NCBI GenBank assembly: GCA_002269645.1
Contig: NIVC01003252.1
Span: 40,108-104,107, forward strand
DNA length: 64,000 nt
Reading direction: 5' to 3'
Source: Macrostomum lignano
Taxonomy: Eukaryota
The notes under the pieces were generated by a model. That model was not told the DNA's origin. It did no database searches and was given only the letters and a program-made list of their open reading frames with translations. Shown here piece after piece: positions 24,743-37,384 of the stretch. Position numbers and translations under genes: made by a program. Numbering within the stretch: the stretch's first letter is position 1; each line of letters starts with the position of its first letter.

Positions 24743-27393
24743 ATGAAAGCATTGAGAAAGTGGCAACTCTGATTGTTGTGGCGCTGTCCCTGAACCTCTC
24801 GCTTCCGAGCGCTGCTGGGAGACTATCTCGGATGCTACGTGGACTCGAGGAACGATGCCACTGACCTTCACAGACTGCGGGGAGTGCACAGCGTGGCCGA
24901 GTTCTCCATGCTCTCCATTAGCCGCGTCTCCTTGAAGTCCATGACGCTGGAGCTGTGCAGCCGCATCTGCTCTCTGGGCGGCTTCCCGTACTTTGGAATG
25001 CATTAAGGCAAGGAGTGCTACTGCAGGCGGTCGTACGGCTCCCAAGGAGCGGCCAACCAAGCCGAATGCAACATGACCTGTGCCGGTTAACCGGGCGACA
25101 GCTGCAAAGGACGAGATCGAAACTCCGTCTACTCTCAGACGTATTTATGTGAGTCAGTTTTACCTTTTTGCTCATTTGCTTGTTATTTATTTAAGCTTTT
25201 CCGTATTCGTACTCAATTGGCAGAAAAATACTTCTCATCCTCGAAACGAGTGCATCCGAAAATCGTTTATAAAAATATGTTCTCCGGCCGATGTCTTCTC
25301 GCAAGTTTGACGACTTTGACTATAGATGATTGCAACTGGAGACTTGCAAAGAAGCAAAAATTTGGGCTGGGGTTTTCACGCGATTCACAGCCATGAGGGC
25401 CAACCCAAAAAAACGCAGAGTGTACACGACTAACGATTGAAAACTCAGGGCCGGTGTCCTCCTGCAAACTTAATTAATACCATCCATTATTTTTTTGGAT
25501 ATTGTTAATAATAATCATATTAATCTTCTTGTTACAAAACATCCAATGAAATTGCTTTTAAGAAACTCTGTATAGAAAAAATAACGATCGACTCTTACGG
25601 TCTGACAGTATCATATTTTAGAAATTGAGTTCTAACTCAACTTTCAGTGGGTCACGTGGGAAACTGTTGGTGTGTGCATGTGTACTCATTGATTTGCGTT
25701 TTGCTCAGAATGGCAGTAGAATGGCAATTCCGACATTCATCTGACATTTGGCAGCTGATGTTTGAAATCACTAACTTTCTGATTCTCGAGTAAATCAGGT
25801 ACTTGTCTAGGCGGTACATGTAAATTAATTTACATTTACCGAAATCTATATAGGTGTACGAGCCGTACATGTGTATATAGCGCAGAACCCAGACTGCAGG
25901 TTGTACTTTGTTTATTAGCAAGAACTACCAGTGCGCTGCACAAAAGTACTTGTTCTGCCACTTTTCAGCAATGAAAAGTTTCGATGTCACTGTGGATCGC
26001 GCCAGCTTCATTGTCGGAGATTCTTTCAATCGGCCGGCTTACCGCAGCATCAAATCTGAGCAGCTGGTCAGCTGCCTGATTCAGTGCAGATCAACCAGCG
26101 ACTGTCAGGCTGTGGTGTTCTCGCAGCATCAGCGCCTGTGCTACCTGCTGCTGTTTGCTGGTGTGATAGATACAACAAATGTATATAGCATGCACAATAA
26201 GCAATTATTTAGGCCCTAGACAAACCTACTTGGAGTGTTCAGAGATTTTAAAGCTATTGGCCCTAATCGCCTATCGCCGGTCGGCGAGTCCTACCAGTCT
26301 TTCTCCAATAGTCACAGGTACAGTACAAGAAAAGAAAGAACACGAGGGAACACGAACCGAACAGATTTAGAGTGATAATCCTAGTTCAAGAGTGTCTAAG
26401 CTTGATTGACGGTTTAATTAGATTTAATAAAGTTACAAGATTCTTAACGTGATTCGCGGTGCAGATAAATCGAACTGATGATAATAACGATACAACGATT
26501 AATAATAAATTAATAACGCAACTGGCAAGCGGATCTCAGCGGAAGAAGAAGAATAAGAACCGAACACGACCACGGAGAAGACTCCTAACCCCTGGCCTAA
26601 ACCAGAACCTACACTCAACGAGAGCCCTGCCGAATTGACCGTTCAACGGAGCACTGACTAAATTCTATCAGTACTGCCCTTCAGTGTGACACTGAGGCCC
26701 TCAGGATCGAGGCCACGTACTTGGTCAAATCCGACAGTCTCTATCTAACCGCGCTTGATAGCGACGACTTCAGACAGAAATTTGCCGTAGACGTTACGCT
26801 ACAAGACTGAAGCGGTCGGGCGGGGACAAAAATATGGACCGGGGTGACGAACTCAAGCGCCTCAAAGCGCGAACCAAAAACAATCGGGCAAGCGGCCGGG
26901 AAGCTGGACAAAACCAAGAACCGGGGAAAGAAGGCGAGAAAGGGAAAAAGTGAGATCCGATTGTTAAACACACTTTCATATATAGTCAGAGTCAAACCCT
27001 CACAACCCCCCCTCAAGCCGGGTGGTGGTCGTCTGGCCGGCCGCCCGCTAAGCTGATTTTCACTGTGCCCGCGGCGCCGGGTAGACTTGGATTTTGCCGC
27101 GTGCCAGGGTCCAGGCCGGTTCTGATTGGCTGGCCGCGCAAAGCCGGGGTTCGCAGAAAAACTCCACCCTCCGCTGAGTCACAGAATATGCGTCTAACTT
27201 CTCACCTGTTTACGCAAAATAAGCTCTAACAAGAAAAAAGTACATTGAAAACGTGACTAAACTAAAGCAAAATAATAATTCACTAACAATAATGCAAAAG
27301 CTAACTAATAGAATACGCAAAAGATGCTCACACTACACTGGAGTGCCGCCGTCTCTGGCGAACGTGACTGGGGAGTTTTTCCCCCGCTACTGA
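24743..27393 (+). pseudogene. WSC + PAN/Apple copy D (exon 1 about 24743-25148; exon 2 25969-26161 + 27342-27393, split by a solo LTR)
   Basis: DYLGCYVDSRND...SMTLELCSRICSLGGFPYFGMH*GKECYC... with in-frame TAA at 25004 and 25088 and frameshifts in the signal region. GTGAGT donor at 25149, ttttcAG acceptor at 25968, PAN motif SCLIQCRSTSDCQAVVF...CYLLLF. Removing the LTR restores FAGVPPSLANVTGEFFPRY*. Confidence 0.88.
26162..27337. mobile_element. Solo LTR (1176 bp) inserted in the PAN exon of copy D
   Basis: TGT...ACA termini; 4-bp TSD CTGG at 26158-26161 and 27338-27341; the reading frame is restored on removal. Confidence 0.88.
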
Positions 27394-28539
27394 TGGCTTT
27401 ATATTTGAGTTTTGAGTTGGAGTTTTAGAGGTCCACCTTGAAGTCCTAGTTTATGAACTTTGTACAATAGGTCTGCTAAACATAAACAAACTGTTGGATG
27501 AGCACTTACTACTTAGCAGTCACAGTAGTAACTGTTGTTGTCGCTTAGAGCCAATACCATTCCTCTGCTATTAAATGATGCAAATGATCAATAATAAGTT
27601 CAAAACTCACGGTACAACGGTAACTTCTAGTGGTCCTTGATGGCAATACAGTGGTTCACTATCAAACTGAAGTTTACGAGTATGTATTTGAAGCGATTAG
27701 TTTTAATTTATGAGCAGACTTTTTCAGAAGTGAGATTAACAGTGGTTCAAACAAAAACTTAGCCAGAACGGAAAGTGTGATTCTGAAACGTGGATCAAGC
27801 GCCTGACCGCAATAAGCGAACGAATTCCGCTGCTCGCAATGTTCCTTCAGGTTACAAATAGGGAAAAAATCAAGCGATGATGTTTAGAAGAGTTAAGAAA
27901 TGTTACATGCATTCACACCGAGGATGAAGACAAGAAGCTTGTTGAGGGGCTTTACATAGAGTCCTGCCATTTTGGTCTACCAGCCTCTTCACCAGCAGAT
28001 AAAATACTATGATGCAGCCGTCACTCCGATAGCCAGGTGGATAGTTTTGGCCGTACGTGACTAAGAAATTTTCCTATAAGCAGAAAGAACTGCATTCAAC
28101 CGACATCAGAGGTCTGTTTGAATTTATCGGAGTGAAGAGCAGCGCCATGCCTATGGCTGTCCCTGTATTCTCACTGTGTCGCTAGTGGGGAGATTCAAAA
28201 GCACTTGATACCTGGAGAAACTTAGGCCAGGAGACAGTAGAGTACAATACCGACATAGAGATAAATTACCGTGCTGGTAACTCCTTCGTCGTCGCTTATC
28301 TTGAAGACGGCCTGCAACTGCCTGCCCTGCGTCAACTTCCTGTTCTAGCGTGTTCCGTCAGCGTCCAGGTCTGTTCGGTGAAGCAGGAAGCAGGGGAACC
28401 AGACCGAACTCTCATTACTTTCGATCCAACCAGATCGTTTCTAGAAAACCGGTATGAAAGCACACAATGACAATTTTTTTATCTCTTGCTACACTAGTAT
28501 GAACAACAGCAGAACTGAATCTCAACTGCTCAAGCAGCC

Positions 28540-29242
28540 ATGCTCAAAACCATCACCTGCATTGTGGGTCTCGCCGTCCCGGTGCTTTGTGTTGCCGGTA
28601 GAGTAAATCTGATGTCCTACATTGGCTGCTATGTCGAAAGTGAGACTAGAGATATGAAAGGACTCTCTGGAGTAAGCAGAATTGGACAGTTTAGCACGTC
28701 CGGCATCGCTGTGAGCAGTGCCAGCAGTATGACGCACGAGCTCTGCAGCAGCGTCTGCTCTCTGGGCGGCTTCCCGTACTTCGGAATTCAGGTCGGGGAG
28801 CAGTGCGTGTGCAGCACCTCCTACGGATCTCTGGGAGCTGCTAGCGAGACCGACTGCAACCGCGTCTGCACTGGGAACGGAGCTTCTAAATGCGGAGGCC
28901 CGTGGCGCAATTCTGTATTTGCTTTGACCTATCCGAGTGGGTAATTCAGTCTCTTTCTCTTAAAAAAATTCGGCACGTTTTGTAAAGTCTGCGTAATTCT
29001 TTTAGAGAAACAGTACTTTAAGCAGTCACACAGGCCCAACGAGACGGTGGAGTCCATCCACAGCACTTAACTGGACCAGCGCTGCCCGAATCAAAGTCGA
29101 GTGCATGGGGCTGTGCGAGGCCTCAGCTGCCTGCCAGGCTGTGATTTTCTCTGGCCAGCAGCGCCTGTGCCTCCTGCTGAGGTTCGCCTACCCGCATGCC
29201 AGTCTGAGCAGCATCGATGGGGACTACTTCGTTCGTGGCTGA
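28540..29242 (+). pseudogene. WSC + PAN copy E: intact WSC exon, PAN exon frameshifted (TAA at 29068-29070)
   Basis: Exon 1 28540-28936 is open and nearly identical to copy F. Donor is the variant GTGGGT; acceptor at 29005. agcacTTAActgg replaces agcacctactgg (+1 nt). The ancestral stop is at 29240-29242. Confidence 0.8.
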
Positions 29243-31007
29243 CTGACTTTCGATTCCGGCAGCCAATTGATCTGATTTGAAAAATAAACTTTTTAAAACC
29301 TTTACATGGACGTAGACTGTTCTGTCCTTTTTCAGCACTGTACCGTGTGTTAACTGATACTGGAGTCTTAAAAAGCTTTAATTCGAGTTTAATTTAAAGC
29401 TTTAATTCGCTTTAACAAAAACTATATAAATAGCGAAAAACTATATAGCTATATAACTAAATAACAAGGGTCCAATGCGTTGGAGTTTTGTTCAATTTGA
29501 CTTTTTCTCACTGCCACAAAAAACTTAACAAGCTTCTTTTTAATTAAAAAGTACCTTACTTGATTCACGCCTGGTTTGGAAAATAAGCTTTTAACCTTTA
29601 TTAAGGCCTAATAAATTTTTTTGCGTTCGATTTGGTTTCTTCTTTATTTAAATTGGTGCGCGGTCGCCAGCAGTCTGGTGAGGCAGCATGGTAGAGAATT
29701 TTCACAGAATGACCGTAGAAAACAATGGACAACAGAAAACCATTTGGCTTCAACTTTGAACCAAGGACTGCTTGGATTTCACAGTAGAAGGCATGGCTGA
29801 AGTAAAGAATGGCGCAGAGAGGGCAGAACCACAAGTCAGTCTAGTCGACAAAGAGACGACAGTGAATGCATGCGTGACTGTGGAATTGGAGTTTGATGAT
29901 CGTGAAAGAAACCAAATTGATAGCAAATAAACAAAATTCGACCGGCTTAGTGCATTATGAATACGAGCGTATGAACTCTGCTGGGTCTTTGCAGCACATC
30001 AACTTGGACGCAGTCAAAATCAGAGGAAGCAAAATGGTGTATTCTTTAATACTTCCTAAAGACTATTAGCCAATTTTCGAGTAACCGAAATCAGTCAGAC
30101 AGCACAAAAGTACGTGCGTAGTTTTGAACTGGAATTTACGTGACAGTGATGACAAAGAGTACAGAACTCTGCAAAGCTGAGTCACTTTTACTGCAGCTTC
30201 AAATAGTACTGGTCAGCCGAAATGTATTTCCTGGAAGTTTCCAATCATGAATTAAGGTGCACCCTGTTACAGTTTAAATTATCAAACCATTTATTGGCCT
30301 CCGAAAGAATGAGGACTGAGAGACCAAAATCCCTTGCGAGAACAGGACCTGTCCAAAGTGCCGTGTGGAGTGAAAGTGAAGTTCTCTTCCTGTTTAAGTG
30401 CCGTTGGAACTTTTTTAGAGCTCCTTGTAATAAATTTGAACAGGAAATCTCGGATAAGGTTTCAAAGTTATATAATTAGGTTCGTTACCTAAGAAGATAG
30501 GGCCATCAAAGAGAAGAAGAACGAACGCATGCGCAATGAGAGACGTCCTGAGCTCACTTCTTGCTTCTAGCCAGCCCAACCGGAAAGAAAGCATACAAAG
30601 AAGAGTTTCGATAGAAACTGTTTCAACCGCCGCTGATTGCAGCAGAAATTTCATGGAAAATCAAGCCACACAGGTGGAAAATCGTACTTTTTAGGGGTAA
30701 ACCTTAAGAGAAGACAAAAAATCGATTGAACTCGAGAGTTGCTTCTGATAGTCAGCTGAGACATGAATTTAGAGAACGCTCTTTGACATTATGCGGCGAG
30801 AAACCTAAAGAAAAAGCACTAGGAAGCCCTGAAATATAGAAAAATTACCATATCTCTTTTTTAGAAATTGGTCATCGCATAAACACACTATGAAAAGCCG
30901 AACTGTTCCAAAAGTTTTGATCGCAAGGATTTACACTGAAAAGCCGTAATCAGGTAATTAACGATGATGTAAGCAAGTAAGCAGGTTCCCGTTTGTATGG
31001 TCACAGG

Positions 31008-31842
31008 TGTCACGTTATTGGCGTGGTGACTACAACCCTTAAAAGGGCCGTTTTGACGAGAATTGTCGTTAAGTCGATGTAGTCCAAAAGTAATTTCGAA
31101 GTCAATTCTTGCGAAGCGGATTGTGTAGCGGAGCACTTGGCGTATAAAGGCAGGGGACTGCCGTAAGCTAATTTATTGTCGTTATTAATATGATAATTGG
31201 TTAATGTCAATACAAAACTTATAGCGTTCTGGGGCACTGGCGGCTGCAACAATGGTTTTGAATGTAATTGGAGTTATGAAGTCAAGCAGTTGACAAAAGA
31301 TGCAGTGGCGACGCAGCGTGGTAAGTTATGGCAGTAAGCACAGTAATGGCAGTGAGTAGCAAGTAGACAGGCAGACAAGTAGTGGTGAGATTGGGCGTTA
31401 ACCCGTGGCAGTAAACAGTGGAGCAAAAGTGCGTAGACAGTCTGGCCCAGACAGAGGAGGCCGTGGCGAGAGATAAGGAGAGAGAAGGAAATGACGGCAC
31501 GCCAGAACAGAAGCGAAGAAACAAAAGGTGAAAAAACCCAAGCCCGCCGCCAGGCGGGGTTAATAAAGGAGCGCAGGAGGGTTAACATAATATATGCGGA
31601 GAGTTATCATTGGCTGGCGAGGGAAAAACAAGAAACAGAAATTATCGATCGCGCGAGATTCTACAGACGTACGCAAAGCTTACAAAGTACGCAGTGATTT
31701 AGCAATTAATACAAATTCGTTGCGCGCTACTACAAGTAAACGTGAGAATACGAGATTGGAAAATTTGAATGAGAAATTGTAAGGAAAATTGTAGTCCAAC
31801 GGCGGCCCTTTTGCGGGACCACTTTAAACTAGCAACGTCACA
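31008..31842. mobile_element. Solo LTR (835 bp), copy 1
   Basis: tgtcacg...cgtcaca termini, TSD CAGG; reverse-complement copy at 55945-56779. Confidence 0.85.
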
Positions 31843-33200
31843 CAGGTCTCCGGACTCTTGTGATCTCCTTCTCCTGGTAGAGACTGTGAGGCAATCACGT
31901 ACTGGCGTTCTGCACTTTTAGCCGCAGAACGTGAAGGTCAGAAGCTTTCATAAATTTGGCTTTGAAATCTCCGGTGAAATGCAAGTTCCGATGCGCAAAA
32001 TGCTGAATAATTGATTTATGTTAATACGGCACTCACCCTACCATCTTTATTTGCAAAGCGTACGCTCGTACATCATCAGTTTTTTAAAGAAATTGATAGT
32101 CTGAGTTTTTTTATTTAATCAGTGTTCACTTGTTGAATGAGTAAATCGTATAAACAGTTCAATACTATACATGTAATCCACCAGAGGGCTTGTGTCGTTA
32201 TGCAAAATTCCTCATCTGGCTTCTTTATTTCATCAAGGTTTTCATATATGCCCATTGATGAGTATATCGGTGTGTTAGATGATTTGATGTCCAAAGAAAA
32301 TGACCAATTGGAGCATAGAATTAGAGAAAACTCGTACGAATTCCGCTGCTTACAATGTACTTTCAGATTACAAAAAGGGAAAAAATCAAGCAATGATGAG
32401 AAGATTTAATAAATGTTACACGTATTTACACCGAGGATGAAGACAAGAAGCTTCTGGTGGGCCTTCACATGGAGGTCCTGCCATCTCTGTCTACCAGCCT
32501 CTTCACCAGCAGATAAAATACTGTGATGCAGCCGTCACTCCGATAGGCAGGTGGGTAGTTTTGACTGTAAGTGACTAAGAAGCTTTCCTCTAAAAATAAG
32601 GAAGCCAATTCAACCGACATCCCCGAGTCGGCCGAGTTCTGTTTGAAGTTATCGGAGTGAAGAGCATCGCCATGCCTACTAGGACTGAAAGTGGCCGTCG
32701 CTATATTTTCACTGTGTCGCTATGGGAAGATCCAAAAGCACCTGCAATCTCCAGAAGAAGACCCTAAAGGCAGGAGACCGTAAAATGTAATTCCGCAATG
32801 GCGATAAATAACCGTGCTGGTAGTTCTCTCGTCGCTTACCTTGAAGGCGGCCTGCAACTGGCCAGCTTGCGCCACGTCAACTTTCTGTTCTAGCGAGTTC
32901 GGTCAGCGTCCAGGTCTGTGCGGCGAAGCAGGATCGCCTCGACCACCGCCTGGAAGAACGCAACCAACTAGCGATCAGGTAGGGTCTCGGACTGCAGTGC
33001 CACCTCAAATTGAAAGGCAGGCCAGGCAAACCGCGGCCACACTGCAGATCGTCACGGACGTTGGGAACCAGACAGCAGAGGCTGACATCGCGAAAGTTCC
33101 ATCGCCTTTCGGTGTCAGGCAAACTCTCAGTACGCTCAGTACACTGAACTCTTATTAGTGCACTGGCTTTTATCCAACCAGATTGTTTTTAGAAAACCGG

Positions 33201-33208
33201 TATAAAAG
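33201..33208 (+). promoter_or_regulatory. TATA box of copy F
   Basis: ccggTATAAAAG in the conserved upstream block. Confidence 0.6.
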
Positions 33209-33284
33209 AAGAAAAGTCATTTTCATATTTTGCTACACTCATATGAGCAGCAGCAGAACTGAAATCCCATCTGCTAAAGTAACT

Positions 33285-34000
33285 ATGCTGAAGACCATCA
33301 CCTGCATTGTGGGTCTCGCCGTCCCGGTGCTTTGTGTTGCCGGTAGAGTAACTCTGATGTCCTACATTGGCTGCTATATAGACGGTGAGACTAGAGACAT
33401 GAAAGGACTCTCTGGAGTGAGCAGAATTGGACAGTTTAGCACGTCCGGCATCGCTGTGAGCAGTGCAAGCAGTATGACGCACGAGCTCTGCAGCAGCGTC
33501 TGCTCTCTGGGCGGCTTCCCGTACTTCGGTATTCAGATCGGTGAGCAGTGCATGTGCAGCACATCCTACGGATCTCTGGGAGCTGCTAGCGAGACCGACT
33601 GCAACCGCGTTTGCACTGGGAACGGAGCTTCTAAATGCGGAGGCCCGTGGCGCAATTCCGTATTTGCTTTGACCTATCCGAGTAAGTTTTTATTACAACG
33701 TTTTTATTAGAGTTTTCACATGTAATTTCGGCACATTTTGTAAAAGTTTGTGTAATTCTTTTAGAGAAACAGTACTTTGAGCAGTCGCAGAGGCCCACCC
33801 AGACGGTGGAGTCCATCCACAGCACCTACTGGACCAGCGCTGCCCGAACCGACATCGAGTGCATGGGGCTGTGCGAGGCCTCAGCTGCCTGCCAGGCTGT
33901 GATTTTCGCTGGCCAGCAGCGCCTGTGCCACCTACTGAGGTTCGCCTACCCGCCTGCCAGTTTGGGCAGCACCGATGGAGACTTCTTTGCTCGTGGCTGA
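33285..34000 (+). CDS. Secreted WSC + PAN/Apple protein, copy F (exons 33285-33681, 33765-34000; about 210 aa; in-frame upstream ATG at 33243)
   Basis: Signal peptide, WSC domain, 83-nt GTAAGT...ttttAG phase-1 intron, PAN motif ECMGLCEASAACQAVIF...CHLLRF. Confidence 0.9.
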
Positions 34001-35088
34001 CTGACTTTTGATTCTGGCAGCCCATGGATTGGATGTGAAAAAGAAACCAACTAATTGTTCAGTTTAGGGGAAAATAACTGTATCAAAATTGGCTTTGAAA
34101 AAAATAAGCTTCAGATTTAAAAATTGATGTAATATTTTATCAGCTTTACATAGACTGCCCTGTCCATTTTCAAAATATGTACCGTGCTTACTGCTACTAG
34201 AGACATAATTCGAGTGTATTTCATATTTTATAACAAACTACTCTACAAGTAAGATTAAATAATAACTAGGGTTTCTTTGTTTCTAAGTTTCTTTGTTATA
34301 TTCAAGTTATTTTCTCTGGTCACAATAAAGTGTACAAGCTACGATTCAACGAAGTTTTTGAACGCCTATTTAAGACTACTGTTATAAACTTCTGTTTCCG
34401 ATTTGGTTTTTTTCTTTGTTCAAATTGGTGCGTGGCTGTCAGCAGACTGACGTGGCAGCGTGGCATGCACAGGGTTGTAACCGTTTTGCTTGCAAAATGC
34501 AAATGAAAATAATTGGAATGAAAGATTAGTGAGAGATGTGGCAGGGCTCCTCAGCGGCAGCTCATTAGTTCCAAGTTGGTTTGCTATTGTAAAGCAGATA
34601 TTGTAATATATTATATTATACCATTTATATTACATTACTGTCCTAAAGACTTGCGCATTCAGGAAAATAAAATCCCTCCTCCAAAAAATTACGGTGCAAA
34701 GCAGACCAGACCCGTATTAGTAAAATCAAAAAGTTGAATGATCTCCAAATCATCTTTCAATTATTTTCCGCCACGCTGTCGATGGAGAACAGACTCAGCT
34801 GGACTCAGCTAGGTAGTCTGGCAGTTCAGGCATCATAAATAATGAATAGGCTTCTAGGATGGGGGCTGCAGCTGAGCTCAGCATCGCAGTTTAGCCTGTT
34901 CAGAAGTTTTAGTTGATAGATAGACCAGCAACAGTGTTCTTTTTTGCAAAGCTTTTTTCACGGGCTTATGCTTCTAGAAGTCCTAATCTAGGGACCTGAC
35001 CAGTGAATGGCTCTGACGTTCTTTTTTGCGGAAAAATTACCGGCAGATTTAAAATCCAGTTCGCACTTTCGTGAGCATGCTGCTACCT

Positions 35089-35163
35089 CAGGTACTTCTG
35101 TGGGCATTGCTGTTCTCGCAGGTAATTCTGTGGGCATTGCTGTTTTTGCAGGTACTTCTGTGC
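35089..35163 (+). repeat. 30-bp tandem repeat, about 2.5 copies
   Basis: Unit caggtacttctgtgggcattgctgttctcg. Confidence 0.85.
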
Positions 35164-35619
35164 TTCAGGGCTCCTGAGATACAGCAGCTTATTAATCCTT
35201 GGTATTATTATATTTTATGACATTATAATTTTCTGCTAAATCCCTAGACAGCCAGGCAAATAAAATACCTTTACGCTCGTAAATGACAGTCAAAAAAGCA
35301 TGACAAGCGAGACCCAGACCAATAAAAGCAGAAAAAAAATTAATGATGACCAATTCATTTTTCAGTTTATCCCTCTCGGACTGAATAGGTAGCCGGGTAT
35401 TTCATGCAGAGGGAAGCGCCCTTACAACGGTACGCATTCGCGATGTTTTGAGTGGGGAGGCAGCCCCTGATAGGGTGCAGCCCAAAAGCGCTAAACTTGC
35501 TAGTAGCTGGTTGCTAAGGTAATCCGCTCTGCCCTAGCAGGGGTGGCGGAGTTTAGCCCATTCGTTAAGATGGATGCGGCTCTCCCCTTTCCCAAGCCTC
35601 TGTACCTCACAGTACATCG

Positions 35620-35912
35620 TAGTGCCTGGGGTGCTAAAATGAGTGCCTGGGGCGCAAAATAAGTACCTGGGGCGCTAAAATGAGTGCATGCGGCGCTAAA
35701 ATGAGTGCATGCGGCGCTAAAATGAGTGCCTGGGGCGCTAAAATGAGTGCATGCGGCGCTAAAATGAGTGCATGCGGCGCTAAAATGAGTGCATGCGGCG
35801 CTAAAATGAGTGCATGCGGCGCTAAAATGAGTGCATGCGGCGTCAAAATGAGTCCCTGTGGCGCTAAAATGAGTGCCTGCGGCGCTAAAATGAGTGCCTG
35901 CGGCGCTTTACA
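35620..35912 (+). repeat. 21-bp minisatellite, about 14 copies
   Basis: Unit gagtgcatgcggcgctaaaat; source of the spurious GAKMSAC and ALILAPH ORFs. Confidence 0.95.
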
Positions 35913-36054
35913 GAATGAGTGGTGACAAGAGTACATTGAGCTCATTAGTGCACTGGATTTTATTAAACCAGATCGTTTCTAAAAAGCCTATACAAAAACA
36001 CAAAGATAAGTTTTCATCTTTTAGCAGAGCTGAATCCCATCTACCCAAGTAACT

Positions 36055-36255
36055 ATGCTCAAAACCATAGTCTGCATTGTGGGTCTCGCCGTCCCAGTGC
36101 TTTGTGCTGCCCGTAGAATAACTCAGGTGTCCTACATTGGCTGCTATGTAGACGGTGAGGCTTGAAACATGAAAGTACTCACTAGAGTGAGCAGAATCGG
36201 ACGGTTTAGCATCGACGGCCCCGATGTGGGAAGTACGAGTATGACGCTGACGCTT
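36055..36255 (+). pseudogene. WSC + PAN copy G, 3'-truncated
   Basis: MLKTIVCIVGLAVPVLCAARRITQVSYIGCYVDGEA*NMKVLTRVSRIGRFSIDGPDVGSTSMT; TGA at 36163; homology ends before the first WSC CxxxC. Confidence 0.85.
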
Positions 36256-36579
36256 GAGAAGCCACTGATACGTCTAGGGCATACGATCTGTGGTCTAAGG
36301 TAGACTTGAAGACAGTTTCACAATATACATGTGACACTGTACTTGTACTTTGCTAAATTTAATTGTTTTAAATTTATAAAAAGTCACTCAAGATATCCCA
36401 TGAATGCGATCTTCGTACTCAAAAGCCGATGCTTACTTTTTGATTGCCTGATGGAAAACTTTACATCTGTTTATGGAAATAACGATCGAAATTGAATCTT
36501 ATATATTTAATGACTCAACGACAACGACTGTGAACTACACACTTTCTTCAACTTTTTCCAGTTGGAGCATCTTAGACTT

Positions 36580-36662
36580 CCAGCTTCATCAAGACTCAGT
36601 CAGCCTCACAGTTTCATCCAGACCCAGTCAGCCTCCCAGCTTCATCCAGACCCACTCAGCCT
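36580..36662 (-). repeat. 28-bp minisatellite (3 units) at the stop codon of copy H
   Basis: Same unit as 12235-12370, in reverse complement. Confidence 0.85.
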
Positions 36663-37384
36663 CGCTGGCCACCTCAGTGGGCACAGCGGTGAACCTCAGC
36701 AGCTGGCATATGCGGTTCGAAGACACAAAGGCGCAGCCCTGACAGTCCGCTATCTGGTAGCAGGCGGCAGCGCACTCGATCGCACTCATAGCAAAGACGC
36801 TGCGGTGGGTGATGAAGCTTGAGTAAGCCGTGATGGCAGGCATTGCAGCGACCTTTGTCTTCAACATCGAATGGTCAACTGCGGGTAATAGTTTTTTTCG
36901 TGGTTGCCGTTTAAAGTGTCATTTCACAGGGCATTCTGCCATTTCCCAGCTATTCCGGCTTACCAGTCTCGTAAATGGCTTCGTAGATTGAGTTTCGATA
37001 GGTGCCGCCGCACAGCTGCTCAGAATTTCCACCGCATTCGGTCTGACATTCGCTGGCAGGCGCGGCACCCAGAGAGCCGTAGGCGGAGCCGCAGCTGCAG
37101 TAAATTCCGTTCTGAGCTCCGAAGTAGTGAAAGCGGCCATAGGCGCAGATCTTAGCGCACATCTGCAGCGTCATGGCGGTCTCTCTGACCACAGCTGGAT
37201 AGCCAGATACCGTAGCGAACGGACCAACCGTGACAATCCCGACCAAACCGCGCAGGTCCCGGCTGTAGCCGCTGCTGTCAATAAAACAGCCGATGTGATT
37301 TATGGTCACCACATTTTGCTGTACTGCGACACCAACTCTGGTCCAAATCAGAAGGAAAATGAGTTGACCAGCTTTCGACAGCAT
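36628..37384 (-). CDS. Secreted WSC + PAN/Apple protein, copy H (exons 37384-36964, 36878-36628; about 223 aa; closest to copy B)
   Basis: Signal peptide MLSKAGQLIFLLIWTRVGVA, WSC domain, 85-nt GTAAGC...ccgcAG phase-1 intron, PAN motif ECAAACYQIADCQGCAF...CQLLRF; TATAAAAG at 37443-37436. Confidence 0.9.

Noticed and set aside
35634-35945. ORFs with GAKMSAC / ALILAPH repeats
   Set aside because: Translations of a 21-bp minisatellite.
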